32,000 bases of DNA from Pasteurella multocida (GCF_900187275.1 NZ_LT906458.1:1140001-1172000); one strand, 5' to 3'. Shown: positions 1 through 11,965, numbered from the stretch's first letter. The notes: generated by a model not told the origin, from the sequence alone. Numbers and translations are program-made.

Positions 1-329
1 TTTTTTGTCTCAACCGCTGGCGCATCTATTTTTTGCTGTTGTTGAATTTGCTCAGCTGTTGCAGATAAATCATCAAATTTGCCTTGCTTGACGTTATTAC
101 GGTGAGAGTTAACATTGCCAATCACAATACTCATCACAAAAAACGCTGTCGCTAAAAGCGCTGTCATTTTAGATAAAAAGTTACCTGACCCAACAGAACC
201 AAAAATTGTACCAGAGGCACCACCGCCAAAAGACGCACCAGCATCCGCACCTTTACCTTGTTGAATCAAGATCAGAAAGACGATGACAATTGCAATGATT
301 GCATAACCCAATAATAGTGTTTGATACAT
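1..329 (-). CDS. secG: Protein translocase subunit SecG (C-terminus runs off the window)
   Basis: Reverse-strand reading from CAT at 327-329 gives MYQTLLLGYAIIAIVIVFLILIQQGKGADAGASFGGGASGTIFGSVGSGNFLSKMTALLATAFFV..., a typical SecG; no stop before the window edge. Confidence 0.93.
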   Translation of the reverse strand, partial: MYQTLLLGYAIIAIVIVFLILIQQGKGADAGASFGGGASGTIFGSVGSGNFLSKMTALLATAFFVMSIVIGNVNSHRNNVKQGKFDDLSATAEQIQQQQKIDAPAVETK

Positions 330-546
330 TATACTCTTCTCTAAAGTGCAAATTTGCATTTAAATTAACGTGCGGATATTATCGAATATCGTCATGAAGC
401 GCAAGTAATTTTCTTCATTCCCATGTCACTTGTTGGTATTTTATTCAACAGTACTTAATTCCTCACTCATTCAGCCTCAATTAGCCCCCGCTTACCTGAG
501 CAAAGTCCAAAAGATGTAACTTTTATCTAACTGGCATTTTACCTTG

Positions 547-2499
547 CTAAGTAGGACGCTTTTTAGACTTCGCGCTCGTCTTTTTCGAAAAAGACGGAGG
601 TTTCTCCACTTGACTTAATTGGCGTAACGCGGCGAAGTTCACATAACGCATCAACTCAGGTAAAAAGTTCGTCAACGTTGACATAAATTGCTGATAACTC
701 ATTTCTTTCTGACTAATACTGGTCAATTGTGATTCCCAATGCGCAGTCATATCAGGCTGTGTTGCCACATCGGGTAAGGCTTGAATTAAAATACGCCCAG
801 TTTCAGTACTGTGAATATTGCGTCCTTTTTTATATAAAAAACCCCGCTTAAATAAGAGTTCAATAATGCCAGCCCTTGTTGCTTCTGTCCCTAACCCATC
901 TGTTTCCCGCAGAATTTTTTTCAATTCTTTGTCTTGTACAAAACGCGCAATTCCGGTCATTGCAGAAAGCAATGTCGCATCAGTAAAGGGTTTAGGGGGT
1001 TGTGTTTTTTTACTAACAATTTCCCCTTTCTCGCAAAATAAAATCTGCCCTTTTTTCACGACAGGTAATAAAGGTTCTTGCTGCTCATCACTGTCTTCTT
1101 TCCCCAAAAGTTGTTTCCAGCCCGCAACTTGTAAATTCCGCGCTTGCGCAATAAAGGAGCCCCCCGCAATATTTAAGGTTATTTTACTTTTCCGATATTC
1201 TGCATCCGGACAAAATTGCATTAAATACTGCCGTGCGATTAAATGATAAATTTGCCATTCACGCTGATTCAGGTTAACGGGGGTATTTTTCGCTGTTGGA
1301 ATAATGGCGTGGTGTGCCTCTACTTTTTTATCATTCCAGCAACGATTTTTTTGCTCTGGATTTAAAATATCAGGCAAAGGCTGATAGTCTGAAATATGGC
1401 GAGAAATCGCCTGAAAGACTTTTGTGCGTTCCGCGAAATGCTCTTCTGGTAAATAACGGCAATCCGAACGCGGATATGTAATCAAACGGTGCGTTTCATA
1501 CAAACGTTGACAAATATCCAATACTTCTTGTGCCGATAAGCCATAACGTTTCGCCGCATCAATTTGTAACGCGGACAAAGAATAAGGCAACGGCGCACTT
1601 TCATGTTCGCGTTTATCCACATACTCCACCACCTCTGCAGGTTGTTGCGCAATCCGTTTGACTACATTTTCCACTAACCCTAACGAAAGCACACGTCCTT
1701 CTTCGTCCTGATAATCTTCGCACGCCTTACTTGGCAGCCATAAGGCTTTAAATTGTGGAATGTCCGCTTTCTCTTGCGCAGAAAGTGCGGTGATTTTTTC
1801 TGGTGTTTCCGCTTGAATATGGGCAAGTACTTCAAAAAAATCCTTTGGTTTGAAGTTTTCGATCTCTAAATCTCGACGCACAATCAAGCCCAACACAGGG
1901 GTTTGTACACGTCCCACTGACAACACACCTTGATAACCAGCTTGCCGACCTCGCAAGGTATAAGCGCGTGTCATGTTAATACCATACAGCCAATCTGCCC
2001 TAGCTCGTGCTAAAGCGGAAGTAGCAAGAGGGATAAAATTGCGATTTGATTGTAGTTTGTTCACGGCTTTTTCAACCGCACTTGGATTCAGATCACTAAT
2101 TAAACAACGCTGAATCTGATTCAGTTTATCGACACTTAAATTAGCATAGCTAAACACTTCATCCACCAATAACTGCCCTTCACGATCGGGGTCGCCTGCG
2201 TTAATCAAAATATCCGCTTGATGAATCAATTTTTCAACGATAGTTAATTGTTTGTGTACATCTTTACGGGGAATGAGTTGCCATTTTTCAGGAATGATCG
2301 GCAGATGTTCTAAGCGCCATTGCTTAAATTTGGGATCATAGGCATCGGGTTCGGCTTGTTCGAGTAAATGCCCTATGCACCATGTCACATAATCATCGGC
2401 ACCACACTTAATAAAGCCGTCACCTCGCTGGTGAGGTTTAGGTAACACATCCGCAATGGCTCTTGCAAGGCTGGGTTTCTCCGCTATAAATAATCGCAT
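547..2499 (-). CDS. topB: DNA topoisomerase III
   Basis: 650-aa ORF; [21 protein letters not shown]-terminus, [17 protein letters not shown] toprim motif, [17 protein letters not shown] and [16 protein letters not shown] active-site region. Confidence 0.96.
   Translation of the reverse strand: MRLFIAEKPSLARAIADVLPKPHQRGDGFIKCGADDYVTWCIGHLLEQAEPDAYDPKFKQWRLEHLPIIPEKWQLIPRKDVHKQLTIVEKLIHQADILINAGDPDREGQLLVDEVFSYANLSVDKLNQIQRCLISDLNPSAVEKAVNKLQSNRNFIPLATSALARARADWLYGINMTRAYTLRGRQAGYQGVLSVGRVQTPVLGLIVRRDLEIENFKPKDFFEVLAHIQAETPEKITALSAQEKADIPQFKALWLPSKACEDYQDEEGRVLSLGLVENVVKRIAQQPAEVVEYVDKREHESAPLPYSLSALQIDAAKRYGLSAQEVLDICQRLYETHRLITYPRSDCRYLPEEHFAERTKVFQAISRHISDYQPLPDILNPEQKNRCWNDKKVEAHHAIIPTAKNTPVNLNQREWQIYHLIARQYLMQFCPDAEYRKSKITLNIAGGSFIAQARNLQVAGWKQLLGKEDSDEQQEPLLPVVKKGQILFCEKGEIVSKKTQPPKPFTDATLLSAMTGIARFVQDKELKKILRETDGLGTEATRAGIIELLFKRGFLYKKGRNIHSTETGRILIQALPDVATQPDMTAHWESQLTSISQKEMSYQQFMSTLTNFLPELMRYVNFAALRQLSQVEKPPSFSKKTSAKSKKRPT
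1782..1791 (+). repeat. Uptake signal sequence core AAAGTGCGGT (one of about 15 copies in this window)
   Basis: Core AAGTGCGGT or its complement ACCGCACTT also near 3201, 3224, 3805, 6462, 12574, 16415, 16444, 18536, 19446, 21251, 25118, 26368, 26564 and 30418. Confidence 0.85.
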
Positions 2500-2508
2500 T
2501 ATCGAATT

Positions 2509-3111
2509 TTACCCGAGTTGGCGACGTCCTAAAAAGGAATGAGTCAAGGTTGTACCATCCACCATTTCTAATTCCCCCCCCACTGGAATCCCATGCGCAA
2601 TACGGGTGACTTTGATATTTTGTTGCATACAAAGCTCTGCGATGTAATTCGCTGTGGCATCACCTTCGACGGTTGGGTTAGTAGCCAAAATCACTTCATG
2701 AAAGCTTTCTTCTTGCAAGCGTTTTTGTAATAAATGCAAACCAATTTCTTTAGGACCAATTCCATCTAATGGTGATAAATGCCCCATTAACACAAAATAA
2801 CGCCCTGAAAACTGTCCTGTTTGTTCAATGGCTTGAATATCAGACGGCTGCTCAACCACACAAAGTAGACCTGAATGCTGACGGCGAGGGTTGTTACAAA
2901 TCGTGCACACCTCTTCTTCCGTAAAAGTACGACAATGGCTGCAATGTCCGATTTTTGACATCGCTTCCGTTAAAGCGCGGGCAAGTTCCATGCCTCCATT
3001 ACGATTACGTTGTAATAAGTGATATGCCATACGTTGAGCAGATTTTGGTCCAACACCGGGTAAACAACGTAAACTTTCGATCAAATGTTCGAGTAATGGG
3101 CTGGTCTGCAT
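2509..3111 (-). CDS. recR: Recombination protein RecR
   Basis: 200-aa ORF with CRHCRTF-type zinc region ([16 protein letters not shown]) and toprim domain; sits in the conserved ybaB-recR-topB order. Confidence 0.97.
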
Positions 3112-3191
3112 GATGTATTTCTCTTTTGTCCTAAATGTGTATGAGTGAAAAATGACCGTTTTTTCTTTTTCTATGCAAAATAAATTTCATA

Positions 3192-3238
3192 AAAAACAGA
3201 CCGCACTTTGAGCTATTTTTCAAAAGTGCGGTCATTTT
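3192..3238 (-). terminator. Hairpin made from two inverted uptake-signal cores, downstream of ybaB on the minus strand
   Basis: GACCGCACTTT (3199-3209) pairs perfectly with AAAGTGCGGTC (3223-3233); the minus-strand reading continues into a T-rich tract (CTGTTTTTT). Confidence 0.8.
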
Positions 3239-3310
3239 AAAAAGTTTTATTGTCTCACTTAATCAAGATGCTTTTGTTTACGTTCTTTGACAACACAAAG
3301 AAAACAAAGA

Positions 3311-3652
3311 TTAAAACGGCATTTTAAAGCCTGGTGGTAACGCCATACCGGCAGTAACTGACGCCATTTTCTCTTTTTGTAATTCTTCCGCACGACGTAC
3401 TGCATCATTAAATGCTGCGGCAATTAAGTCCTCAAGCATATCTTTATCGTCTTCCATTAAACTAGGATCGATTTCTACGCGACGACAATTATGCGCACCA
3501 TTGATAGTAATTTTAACCAAGCCCGCACCAGATTCCCCAGTAACTTCTAGCTGCGCAATCTCTTCTTGCATTTTTTGCATACGATCTTGCATCTGTTGCG
3601 CTTGTTTCATTAAATTGCCTAAACCGCCTTTTCCAAACATAATTTTTTCCAT
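3311..3652 (-). CDS. ybaB: YbaB/EbfC family nucleoid-associated protein
   Basis: 113 aa; [28 protein letters not shown]...[20 protein letters not shown]. Confidence 0.93.
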   Translation of the reverse strand: MEKIMFGKGGLGNLMKQAQQMQDRMQKMQEEIAQLEVTGESGAGLVKITINGAHNCRRVEIDPSLMEDDKDMLEDLIAAAFNDAVRRAEELQKEKMASVTAGMALPPGFKMPF

Positions 3653-3868
3653 CTGTTAATTTAAAAATTGGTTGGCATTTTAGCGAAAAATTTCAAAGTT
3701 GGAAATAAAGAAACGTGATCTAGTCTAAAAATTCGGCTTTTTCCTGTTGAGAGGATAAATTTTCCGTATTATAGTATGTTTTAACAATTTCGTAACGAAA
3801 CCTTACCGCACTTGATACGAATGCGGTTTTCCCTAACAGAAATAAAAGCAAACCCCATGAGGTAACCT

Positions 3869-6475
3869 ATGTCTGACTTTCTACAATCTTATCAACAACA
3901 TGTTGATGAACGTGCGGCATTAGGCATTGTGCCGAAACCTTTAGATGCAGAACAAACCGCCCAATTAATTGAACTCCTAAAAAACCCACCTGCTGATAAA
4001 GCTGACTTTCTTTTAAATTTATTCGAAACGCGTATCCCTGCTGGTGTTGATGAAGCCGCCTATGTGAAAGCCTCGTTTCTCGCCGCCGTCGCAAAACGTG
4101 ATGTACAGTCTCCGCTCATTTCCGCAGAAAAAGCCGTGCAACTATTAGGAACGATGCAAGGTGGCTATAATATTGAGCCACTTCTTCATGCGCTTGATGA
4201 TGAAACACTCGCCCCAATTGCGGTTGAAGCACTTTCTACCACACTTTTAATGTTTGATAACTTCCACGATGTAGCTGAGCGAGCGAAGAAAGGCAATCTA
4301 TTTGCCAAACAAGTTTTGACTTCGTGGGCAAATGCAGATTGGTTTTTATCTCGTCCGAAATTAGCGGAAAAACTCACTGTTACCGTATTTAAAGTAACAG
4401 GGGAAACCAATACTGACGATCTGTCACCTGCCCAAGATGCCTGGTCACGTCCAGATATTCCATTACATGCATTGGCGATGTTAAAAAATACCCGTGATGG
4501 CATTGAGCCTGACGATGCTGGCAATGTCGGACCAATTAAACAATTAGAACAATTAAAACAAAAAGGTTTTCCATTGGCTTATGTCGGCGATGTTGTCGGG
4601 ACAGGCTCTTCACGTAAATCCGCCACCAACTCTGTGCTTTGGTTTATGGGGGAAGATATTCCTTATATTCCAAATAAACGTGCTGGCGGTGTGGTACTGG
4701 GTGGCAAAATTGCGCCGATTTTCTTCAACACAATGGAAGATGCCGGTTCATTACCAATTGAAGTGGATGTCAGTGAACTCAACATGGGGGATGTGATTGA
4801 TATTTATCCATACCAAGGCAAAATTTGTCGTCATGATACTGACGAGGTTTTAGCTGAATTTAGTTTAAAAACCAATGTGCTGTTAGATGAAGTGCGTGCA
4901 GGTGGTCGTATTCCATTAATCATTGGACGTGGTCTAACCCATAAAGCACGTTGTGAATTAGGTCTGCCTGAAAGTGATATTTTTGCCAAACCACAATGCA
5001 GTACAGAAAGCCAAAAAGGTTTTACTCTTGCCCAAAAAATGGTGGGGCGCGCTTGTGGTGTAGACGGTATTCGTCCAGGACAATACTGTGAACCACGCAT
5101 GACCTCTGTCGGTTCACAAGATACCACTGGACCAATGACTCGTGATGAGTTAAAAGACCTTGCTTGTTTGGGTTTCTCCGCTGATTTAGTGATGCAATCT
5201 TTCTGTCATACGGCGGCTTATCCAAAACCGGTTGACGTAGTCACACATCACACACTCCCTGATTTCATTATGAATCGTGGCGGGGTTTCATTACGTCCTG
5301 GTGATGGTGTCATTCACTCTTGGCTAAACCGTATGTTATTACCTGATACAGTTGGTACAGGTGGTGACTCGCATACGCGTTTCCCGATTGGAATTTCCTT
5401 CCCTGCGGGTTCTGGCTTAGTGGCATTTGCAGCAGCCACAGGTGTCATGCCATTAGATATGCCGGAGTCAGTATTAGTGCGCTTTAAAGGCGAAATGCAA
5501 CCGGGAATTACCTTGCGCGATTTGGTGCATGCGATCCCTTATTATGCGATTAAACAAGGTTTGCTCACCGTAGAGAAAAAAGGCAAGAAAAACATTTTCT
5601 CTGGACGTATTTTAGAAATTGAAGGCTTAGAGAACTTAAAAGTCGAACAGGCGTTTGAGCTTTCTGATGCATCAGCAGAACGTTCTGCCGCAGCTTGTAC
5701 AATTAAACTGGCGAAAGAACCCATTATTGAATATTTAAATTCAAATATCGTGTTATTGAAATATATGATTGCCGAAGGCTATGGCGATGCGCGCACACTT
5801 GAGCGCCGGATTAAAGGCATGGAGCAATGGCTGGCTGATCCACAACTAATGGAAGCCGATCCTGATGCTGAATATGCGGCAGTGATTGAAATTGACCTCG
5901 CTGAAATCAAAGAACCGATTTTATGTGCACCAAATGATCCCGATGACGCGCGTTTATTGTCCGAAGTCCAAGGCGATAAAATTGATGAAGTCTTTATCGG
6001 ATCTTGCATGACAAATATAGGTCACTTCCGTGCAGCAGGAAAATTATTAGCCAAGTTCAAAGGCATGATTCCAACTCGCCTCTGGATTGCCCCACCAACT
6101 AAAATGGATGCGGCATTATTAAGTGAAGAAGGTTATTACAGTATTTATGGTAAAAGTGGCGCACGGATTGAGATTCCAGGTTGTTCATTATGCATGGGTA
6201 ACCAAGCGCGTGTTGCTGATAATGCCACGGTGGTTTCTACTTCAACGCGTAACTTCCCGAACCGTTTAGGACAAGGCGCAAATGTTTATCTTGCATCTGC
6301 CGAGCTAGCCGCGGTTTCGGCGATTTTAGGTAAATTACCAACGCCAGAAGAATACCTCACCTTTGCAGCAGACTTACAACAAGACAAGGACGACACTTAT
6401 CGTTATATGAACTTTGACCAAATCAACAGCTATACTAAAAAAGCAGATAACGTGATTTTTCAAAGTGCGGTATAA
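3869..6475 (+). CDS. acnB: Bifunctional aconitate hydratase 2 / 2-methylisocitrate dehydratase
   Basis: 868-aa ORF; [27 protein letters not shown] and full-length AcnB signature including [17 protein letters not shown] and [11 protein letters not shown] cluster-ligand region. Confidence 0.97.
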   Translation: MSDFLQSYQQHVDERAALGIVPKPLDAEQTAQLIELLKNPPADKADFLLNLFETRIPAGVDEAAYVKASFLAAVAKRDVQSPLISAEKAVQLLGTMQGGYNIEPLLHALDDETLAPIAVEALSTTLLMFDNFHDVAERAKKGNLFAKQVLTSWANADWFLSRPKLAEKLTVTVFKVTGETNTDDLSPAQDAWSRPDIPLHALAMLKNTRDGIEPDDAGNVGPIKQLEQLKQKGFPLAYVGDVVGTGSSRKSATNSVLWFMGEDIPYIPNKRAGGVVLGGKIAPIFFNTMEDAGSLPIEVDVSELNMGDVIDIYPYQGKICRHDTDEVLAEFSLKTNVLLDEVRAGGRIPLIIGRGLTHKARCELGLPESDIFAKPQCSTESQKGFTLAQKMVGRACGVDGIRPGQYCEPRMTSVGSQDTTGPMTRDELKDLACLGFSADLVMQSFCHTAAYPKPVDVVTHHTLPDFIMNRGGVSLRPGDGVIHSWLNRMLLPDTVGTGGDSHTRFPIGISFPAGSGLVAFAAATGVMPLDMPESVLVRFKGEMQPGITLRDLVHAIPYYAIKQGLLTVEKKGKKNIFSGRILEIEGLENLKVEQAFELSDASAERSAAACTIKLAKEPIIEYLNSNIVLLKYMIAEGYGDARTLERRIKGMEQWLADPQLMEADPDAEYAAVIEIDLAEIKEPILCAPNDPDDARLLSEVQGDKIDEVFIGSCMTNIGHFRAAGKLLAKFKGMIPTRLWIAPPTKMDAALLSEEGYYSIYGKSGARIEIPGCSLCMGNQARVADNATVVSTSTRNFPNRLGQGANVYLASAELAAVSAILGKLPTPEEYLTFAADLQQDKDDTYRYMNFDQINSYTKKADNVIFQSAV

Positions 6476-6498
6476 TTTTCAAGAATTTTAACACCACA

Positions 6499-6522
6499 AA
6501 CGGGGAACATCAGTTCCCCGTT
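6499..6522 (+). terminator. Perfect hairpin between acnB and the binding-protein gene (T-tract weak or absent)
   Basis: AACGGGGAAC (6499-6508), ATCA loop, GTTCCCCGTT (6513-6522). No clear run of T follows. Confidence 0.5.
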
Positions 6523-6576
6523 CGCTATGAATGATCACCGTTTTCTCTGACGAGAAAATAAAAGGAATTAAACATC

Positions 6577-7605
6577 ATGAAATTAAAGTCAACCGTCTCT
6601 CAACTGTGCTTAGCGTTACCTTTTGTGTTGACAGGACAAGCCTTGGCTGAAGGAAAACTTACTGTCTATTGCAGTGTACAAAATACTACCTGCGAAAAAA
6701 TGGTACAAACCTTCAGTAAAAAATACGACATTGAAACAAAGTTTATTCGTAATAGCACCGGCGCAACACTGGCAAAATTAATTGCAGAGAAAAATAATCC
6801 ACAAGCCGATGTATGGTATGGCGGGACGATTGAACACCATTTTCAAGCTGGTGACTTAGCCTTACTGGAACCTTACCGCTCACCTTATCAAGCTGACATT
6901 ATGCCACAATTTAGAGCTCTCACTGAAAAGCGCGGTGATTTGACCTCTATCGTTTATATGTTGGTACTGGGATTTGGTATTAATACCGAGAAATTCAAAC
7001 AACTAGGAATCGATACCTATCCAAAATGTTGGTCAGATTTACTCGATCCGCGTTTACAAGGCTATGTACAAATGCCTGATCCGCAAATCTCCGGCACCAC
7101 CTATACCGCTATCGCTACGCTAATTGAATTATGGGGTGAAGAAAAAGCATTTGATTATCTTAAAAAACTCAATGCCAATGTTTCAGAGTATGTGAAAAGT
7201 GCGTTGGTTACCACCAACTTATCACGTGGCGAATCTGCTGTTGCGGTTGGTTTTGTCCACAGTTATGCCACAGAAAAAGAAAATGGCGCACCAGTTGAAA
7301 GCATCCAACCTTGTGAGGGCGATGGCTATTCTTTAGGAGGCATGAGTATTGTCAAAAATGCCCGTAATCTTGAGAATGCCAAACGCTTTGTTGACTGGGC
7401 ATTAACCAAAGAAGCGCAAGAATTGGTTTGGCGAGAAACCAAAGTCTATCAAATTCCAACTAATATCCATGCGGAAGCCTCGCCACAATCTGTCGATCCG
7501 AAGCAATTAAAACTGATCAATTATGATTTTGACCGTTTTGGTTCAAGTGCAGAAGGCAAACGTCTCACAGACAAATGGGTCAAAGAAGTGAAAATGGCAA
7601 AATAA
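6577..7605 (+). CDS. Periplasmic ABC-transporter substrate-binding protein, AfuA/FbpA (extracellular solute-binding) type
   Basis: 342 aa with signal peptide MKLKSTVSQLCLALPFVLTGQALA; LTVYCSVQNTTCEKMVQTFSKKY, NPQADVWYGGT, SGTTYTAIATLIELWGEEKAFDYLKKL typical of the family. Confidence 0.85.
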   Translation: MKLKSTVSQLCLALPFVLTGQALAEGKLTVYCSVQNTTCEKMVQTFSKKYDIETKFIRNSTGATLAKLIAEKNNPQADVWYGGTIEHHFQAGDLALLEPYRSPYQADIMPQFRALTEKRGDLTSIVYMLVLGFGINTEKFKQLGIDTYPKCWSDLLDPRLQGYVQMPDPQISGTTYTAIATLIELWGEEKAFDYLKKLNANVSEYVKSALVTTNLSRGESAVAVGFVHSYATEKENGAPVESIQPCEGDGYSLGGMSIVKNARNLENAKRFVDWALTKEAQELVWRETKVYQIPTNIHAEASPQSVDPKQLKLINYDFDRFGSSAEGKRLTDKWVKEVKMAK

Positions 7606-7610
7606 GCTAA

Positions 7611-7642
7611 AAAAATAGGCAGATACTGTTCTGCCTATTTTT
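7611..7642. terminator. Bidirectional intrinsic terminator between convergent genes
   Basis: AAAAATAGGCAGA (7611-7623), TACTGT loop, TCTGCCTATTTTT (7630-7642): a 13-bp perfect stem with T-tracts in both directions. Confidence 0.85.
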
Positions 7643-7655
7643 ATTCTCGTCGTGC

Positions 7656-8627
7656 TTAAGCGTTTTCGATACCAAATGCCATGACTTCATGAATTGCATT
7701 TGCGCCTAAGGCAATCATCAATAAGCGATCCACACCTAATGCAATACCAGAACAATTCGGCACTCCCGCTTGTAATGCCCCTAATAAGCGTTTATCAATT
7801 TGACGTTGTGGCAAACCCATTTTTTGTCGTTGTACATTATCTTGCTCAAAGCGATGCAATTGTTCATTCACATCTGTTAACTCATGGAAACCATTCGCCA
7901 ATTCAAGCCCCTTGTAATAAAACTCAAAACGTTCTGCAACACGATGATCTTCAGAGCTGATTTGTGCAAGTGCGGCTTGTGTTGCTGGGAAATGATAAAC
8001 TGCGACCGGATTTTCTTTACCAATATTCGGCTCAACAACAGTGCTAAATAAAAATTGCAATAAAGTATCACGATCTTCTTGCTCAGCCTGCTGTAAATGA
8101 TATTGCTTTGCCTTTGCCACTAATTCCGCTTTTTCCGCAGAAAGTGGATCTAAGCCCACATATTCTTGGAAAACAAATTGATAACTTAAACTTTCTGTTG
8201 GTTTACAATCCAAAATTTGCTGCAATAGATCATCCACTTCATTAATTAAACGATACATATCAAAATGAGGACGATACCATTCCAACATCGTAAATTCAGG
8301 ATTGTGACGTTGCCCAGCTTCTTCGTTACGAAACACGTGACATAACTGAAAAATAGGACCACTACCAGCAGCAAGTAAACGCTTCATATGATATTCAGGG
8401 CTAGTTGATAACCACAATGCTTTCGATTTTTCAGCTGTAGGTGAAATAAATGTAGTGTTAAACGTCGATAAATGCACATCCGTGACCCCAAATTCACTGA
8501 GTACAGGGGTTTCTACTTCTAATAAACCACGATCAGTAAAAAAGCGACGAATTTCAGCAATAATCTTGGCTCGTGCTAGCAAATTCTCAATAGAGGCTGA
8601 AGGCTGCCAATTTTCTTGTTCAAACAT
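7656..8627 (-). CDS. epmA: Elongation factor P--(R)-beta-lysine ligase (PoxA/GenX)
   Basis: 323-aa class II LysRS-like catalytic domain without an anticodon-binding domain; [11 protein letters not shown]-like [30 protein letters not shown] and [15 protein letters not shown]. Confidence 0.95.
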   Translation of the reverse strand: MFEQENWQPSASIENLLARAKIIAEIRRFFTDRGLLEVETPVLSEFGVTDVHLSTFNTTFISPTAEKSKALWLSTSPEYHMKRLLAAGSGPIFQLCHVFRNEEAGQRHNPEFTMLEWYRPHFDMYRLINEVDDLLQQILDCKPTESLSYQFVFQEYVGLDPLSAEKAELVAKAKQYHLQQAEQEDRDTLLQFLFSTVVEPNIGKENPVAVYHFPATQAALAQISSEDHRVAERFEFYYKGLELANGFHELTDVNEQLHRFEQDNVQRQKMGLPQRQIDKRLLGALQAGVPNCSGIALGVDRLLMIALGANAIHEVMAFGIENA

Positions 8628-8845
8628 AAACTTGTCCGTTTTATAAATAAGATGGCGCTATTCTAACTATCCCCTTAGGTTATTTCAAATTCTGCCTCAC
8701 ACTTGTACAGAAAATAATCTACGCATTCTATTTAAGTCGGCGAAATCCCCGTTTAAAAATCTGATTTATCCCTAGAGAAAAAAAGGGTTTCAGCAAAAAA
8801 AGCGATCTAGGATAAACGTTCTAAAAAAAACCCGTTTTAACTTTT

Positions 8846-8859
8846 TTGAGGTAGATCAC
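8846..8859. promoter_or_regulatory. Candidate FNR-type binding site upstream of frdA
   Basis: TTGAG-GTAG-ATCAC versus TTGAT-N4-ATCAA (8 of 10 positions); located ~120 nt before the frdA start. Confidence 0.5.
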
Positions 8860-8979
8860 GAAACTGGTTTTTTCTTGTAAAAAAAGGTTATTAATATCCC
8901 AAAATAGTGGCAAAATGAAACTACCCTAATGAACCAATTCCGGTTCCTTTTTACTTTATATTCTGATTGGAGGAATATC

Positions 8980-10779
8980 GTGCAAACTGTTAATGTCGAT
9001 ATTGCAATTGTAGGTGCTGGTGGCGGTGGTTTACGCGCAGCGATTGCAGCAGCGGAAGCAAACCCTAACTTAAAAATTGCATTAGTATCAAAAGTTTACC
9101 CTATGCGCAGTCATACCGTGGCCGCAGAAGGCGGTGCAGCTGCCGTTATCAAAGAGGAAGACTCTTATGATAAACACTTCCATGATACTGTGGCGGGTGG
9201 CGACTGGTTATGTGAACAAGATGTGGTTGAATATTTTGTGCAACATTCACCGGTGGAAATGACTCAACTTGAACGCTGGGGCTGTCCTTGGAGCCGTAAA
9301 CAAGATGGTGATGTCAACGTTCGCCGTTTCGGTGGAATGAAAATTGAGCGTACTTGGTTCGCGGCAGATAAAACCGGTTTCCACTTATTACACACGTTAT
9401 TCCAAACGTCCATTCAATATCCGCAAATCGTTCGTTTTGATGAGCACTTCGTCTTAGATATTCTCGTTGATGATGGTCATGCGCGTGGTATGGTTGCCAT
9501 GAACATGATGGAAGGGACCTTAGTACAAATTAATGCCAATGCGGTGGTGATTGCAACGGGTGGTGGTTGCCGTGCATTCCGTTTCAATACCAATGGCGGT
9601 ATCGTAACAGGGGATGGTCTTTCAATGGCTTACCGTCACGGTGTACCGTTACGTGATATGGAATTCGTTCAATATCACCCAACAGGTTTACCAAATACCG
9701 GTATTTTAATGACTGAAGGTTGCCGTGGTGAAGGTGGTATTTTGGTCAACAAAGACGGTTACCGTTATCTCCAAGACTATGGTCTAGGACCTGAAACACC
9801 AATCGGCAAACCTGAAAATAAATATATGGAATTGGGTCCTCGTGATAAAGTTTCACAAGCCTTCTGGCAAGAATTACAAAAAGGCAACACCTTAAAAACC
9901 GCTAAAGGGGTAGATGTTGTACACCTCGATTTACGTCACTTAGGTGAAAAATACTTACATGAACGCTTACCATTTATTTGTGAATTAGCACAAGCATACG
10001 AAGGCGTTGATCCTGCTAAAGCACCAATCCCAGTACGTCCAGTTGTACACTACACGATGGGCGGGATTGAAGTGGACTTCAACAGTGAAACCCGTATCAA
10101 AGGCTTATTCGCTGTTGGTGAATGTGCTTCTTCAGGTTTACATGGAGCAAACCGTTTAGGCTCTAACTCTTTGGCTGAATTAGTGGTTCTTGGTCGCGTA
10201 GCTGGTGAATACGCCGCACAACGTGCTGTTGAAGCGCCTGCTGTTAACCAAACAGCAGTAGATGCACAAGCGCGTGATATTGTTCAACGTTTAGAAGACT
10301 TATATCACCAAGAAGGTAATGAGTCTTGGTCTGAAATCCGCGATGAAATGGGTGATGCCATGGAAGAAGGTTGTGGTATTTACCGTACTCAAGAAAGTAT
10401 GCAAAAAGCCGTGGATAAAATTGCAGAACTGAAAGAACGTTACAAACGTATTCGCATCACCGACCGTTCTAGCGTGTTTAACACCAATGTCTTATATACG
10501 GTTGAATTAGGTTACATCTTAGATGTTGCACAATCTATTGCTAACTCAGCGATTGAGCGTAAGGAATCTCGTGGTGCACACCAACGTTTAGACTACACTG
10601 AACGTGACGATGTGAATTACTTGAAACATACCCTTGCTTTCTACAATGGAGATGACGCACCGCGTATTGAATATAGCGATGTAAAAATCACGAAATCTCA
10701 ACCTGCCAAACGTGTTTATGGTGCAGAAGCCGAAGCACAAGAAGCGGCAAAAGCCAATAAGGAGAACGCAAATGGTTAA
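8980..10779 (+). CDS. frdA: Fumarate reductase flavoprotein subunit (GTG start preferred over the ATG at 8929)
   Basis: GGAGG at 8969-8973 followed by GTG at 8980; protein [41 protein letters not shown]. Confidence 0.96.
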   Translation: MQTVNVDIAIVGAGGGGLRAAIAAAEANPNLKIALVSKVYPMRSHTVAAEGGAAAVIKEEDSYDKHFHDTVAGGDWLCEQDVVEYFVQHSPVEMTQLERWGCPWSRKQDGDVNVRRFGGMKIERTWFAADKTGFHLLHTLFQTSIQYPQIVRFDEHFVLDILVDDGHARGMVAMNMMEGTLVQINANAVVIATGGGCRAFRFNTNGGIVTGDGLSMAYRHGVPLRDMEFVQYHPTGLPNTGILMTEGCRGEGGILVNKDGYRYLQDYGLGPETPIGKPENKYMELGPRDKVSQAFWQELQKGNTLKTAKGVDVVHLDLRHLGEKYLHERLPFICELAQAYEGVDPAKAPIPVRPVVHYTMGGIEVDFNSETRIKGLFAVGECASSGLHGANRLGSNSLAELVVLGRVAGEYAAQRAVEAPAVNQTAVDAQARDIVQRLEDLYHQEGNESWSEIRDEMGDAMEEGCGIYRTQESMQKAVDKIAELKERYKRIRITDRSSVFNTNVLYTVELGYILDVAQSIANSAIERKESRGAHQRLDYTERDDVNYLKHTLAFYNGDDAPRIEYSDVKITKSQPAKRVYGAEAEAQEAAKANKENANG

Positions 10780-11542
10780 TCAAGCAATCATGAATATCGA
10801 AGTATTGCGTTACAATCCTGAACAGGACAAAGAACCATACTTACGGACTTATCAAGTGCCTTACGATAATCAAACGTCATTGCTTGATGCGTTAGGCTAT
10901 ATTAAAGACAAATTAGAGCCTGAACTTTCTTATCGTTGGTCTTGTCGTATGGCGATCTGTGGTTCATGCGGGATGATGGTTAACAACAAGCCAAAATTAG
11001 CCTGTAAAACGTTCTTACGTGACTATAGTGGTCATATGCGTATTGAGCCATTGGCGAATTTCCCAATTGAGCGTGATTTGGTCGTTGATTTAAGCCACTT
11101 TATTGAAAGCTTAGAAGCCATTAAGCCTTATATTATCGGCAACCAAGCACCTGCATTAGACGGTAAACCGCATCCATCTTCAGAGTTAGCCAAAAGCCGT
11201 ACGAAACAAACACCAGCACAACTTGAGAAGTATCGTACTTTCTCAATGTGTATCAACTGTGGTTTATGCTATGCCGCTTGCCCACAATTTGGTTTAAATC
11301 CTGAGTTTGTTGGACCTGCTGCATTAACGCTTGCACATCGTTACAACCTTGATAATCGTGACCACGGTAAAGAAGAACGAATGAAGATTATTAATGGTAA
11401 AAATGGGGTGTGGAGCTGTACATTTGTTGGCTATTGTTCGGAAGTCTGTCCAAAACACGTCGATCCAGCTTCCGCGGTAAACCAAGGTAAAGTCGAAAGT
11501 GCAAAAGACTTTGTAATTGCAATGCTTAAACCGCAAAAGTAA
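10772..11542 (+). CDS. frdB: Fumarate reductase iron-sulfur subunit (ATG at 10772; overlaps the frdA end)
   Basis: AAGGAG upstream of ATGGTTAATCAAGC; [2Fe-2S] [13 protein letters not shown] and [29 protein letters not shown] clusters. Confidence 0.96.
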   Translation: MVNQAIMNIEVLRYNPEQDKEPYLRTYQVPYDNQTSLLDALGYIKDKLEPELSYRWSCRMAICGSCGMMVNNKPKLACKTFLRDYSGHMRIEPLANFPIERDLVVDLSHFIESLEAIKPYIIGNQAPALDGKPHPSSELAKSRTKQTPAQLEKYRTFSMCINCGLCYAACPQFGLNPEFVGPAALTLAHRYNLDNRDHGKEERMKIINGKNGVWSCTFVGYCSEVCPKHVDPASAVNQGKVESAKDFVIAMLKPQK

Positions 11543-11552
11543 GGAGTGTAAA

Positions 11553-11951
11553 ATGACAGCAACAACCAGTAAACGCAAAAAATACGTGCGTGAAATGAAA
11601 CCAACTTGGTGGAAAAAGTTAGATTTTTACAAACTTTATATTGCGCGTGAAGCCACTGCAATTCCAACACTTTGGTTCTGTTTAGTCTTACTTTATGGAG
11701 TGATTAGCCTAGGTAGTTTAGACAGTTTTGGCAATTTCATTTCATTCTTGAAAAACCCGATTGTGATTATTTTAAATATCATCACACTCGGTGCAATGTT
11801 ATTAAATACGGTGACTTACTATGTAATGACACCTAAAGTATTAAATATCATTGTTAAGAATGAACGAATTAATCCTAACATCATTACGATGGCATTGTGG
11901 GCGGTAACAGCCTTTATCAGCCTCGTCATTTTAGTCTTTATGTATGTATAA
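11553..11951 (+). CDS. frdC: Fumarate reductase membrane anchor subunit C
   Basis: AAGGAG upstream of ATG at 11553; [43 protein letters not shown]. Confidence 0.94.
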
Positions 11952-11965
11952 GCGAGGAGAGAAAG

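Noticed and set aside
331-546. Possible tRNA next to secG (a common location in enterobacteria)
   Set aside because: No cloverleaf, T-loop GGTTCGAATCC motif or CCA-end candidate seen in the gap.
818-1246. 142-aa plus-strand ORF inside topB
   Set aside because: Shadow ORF opposite the conserved TopB frame; no recognisable protein features.
4186-4524. 112-aa minus-strand ORF inside acnB (also 4831..5127, 5542..5724, 5779..6009, 5022..5225)
   Set aside because: Antisense to a strongly supported acnB reading frame; compositionally biased shadow ORFs with no recognisable domain or ribosome-binding site.
8929-8979. N-terminal extension of frdA starting at ATG 8929 (MNQFRFLFTLYSDWRNI)
   Set aside because: GTG at 8980 has a strong GGAGG at correct spacing and yields the family-standard N-terminus. 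The extension is likely untranslated leader.
10712-10771. N-terminal extensions of frdB, frdC, frdD, queD and dsbC in the ORF track
   Set aside because: Each has an internal start that gives the family-typical N-terminus, preceded by a good Shine-Dalgarno for most of them.
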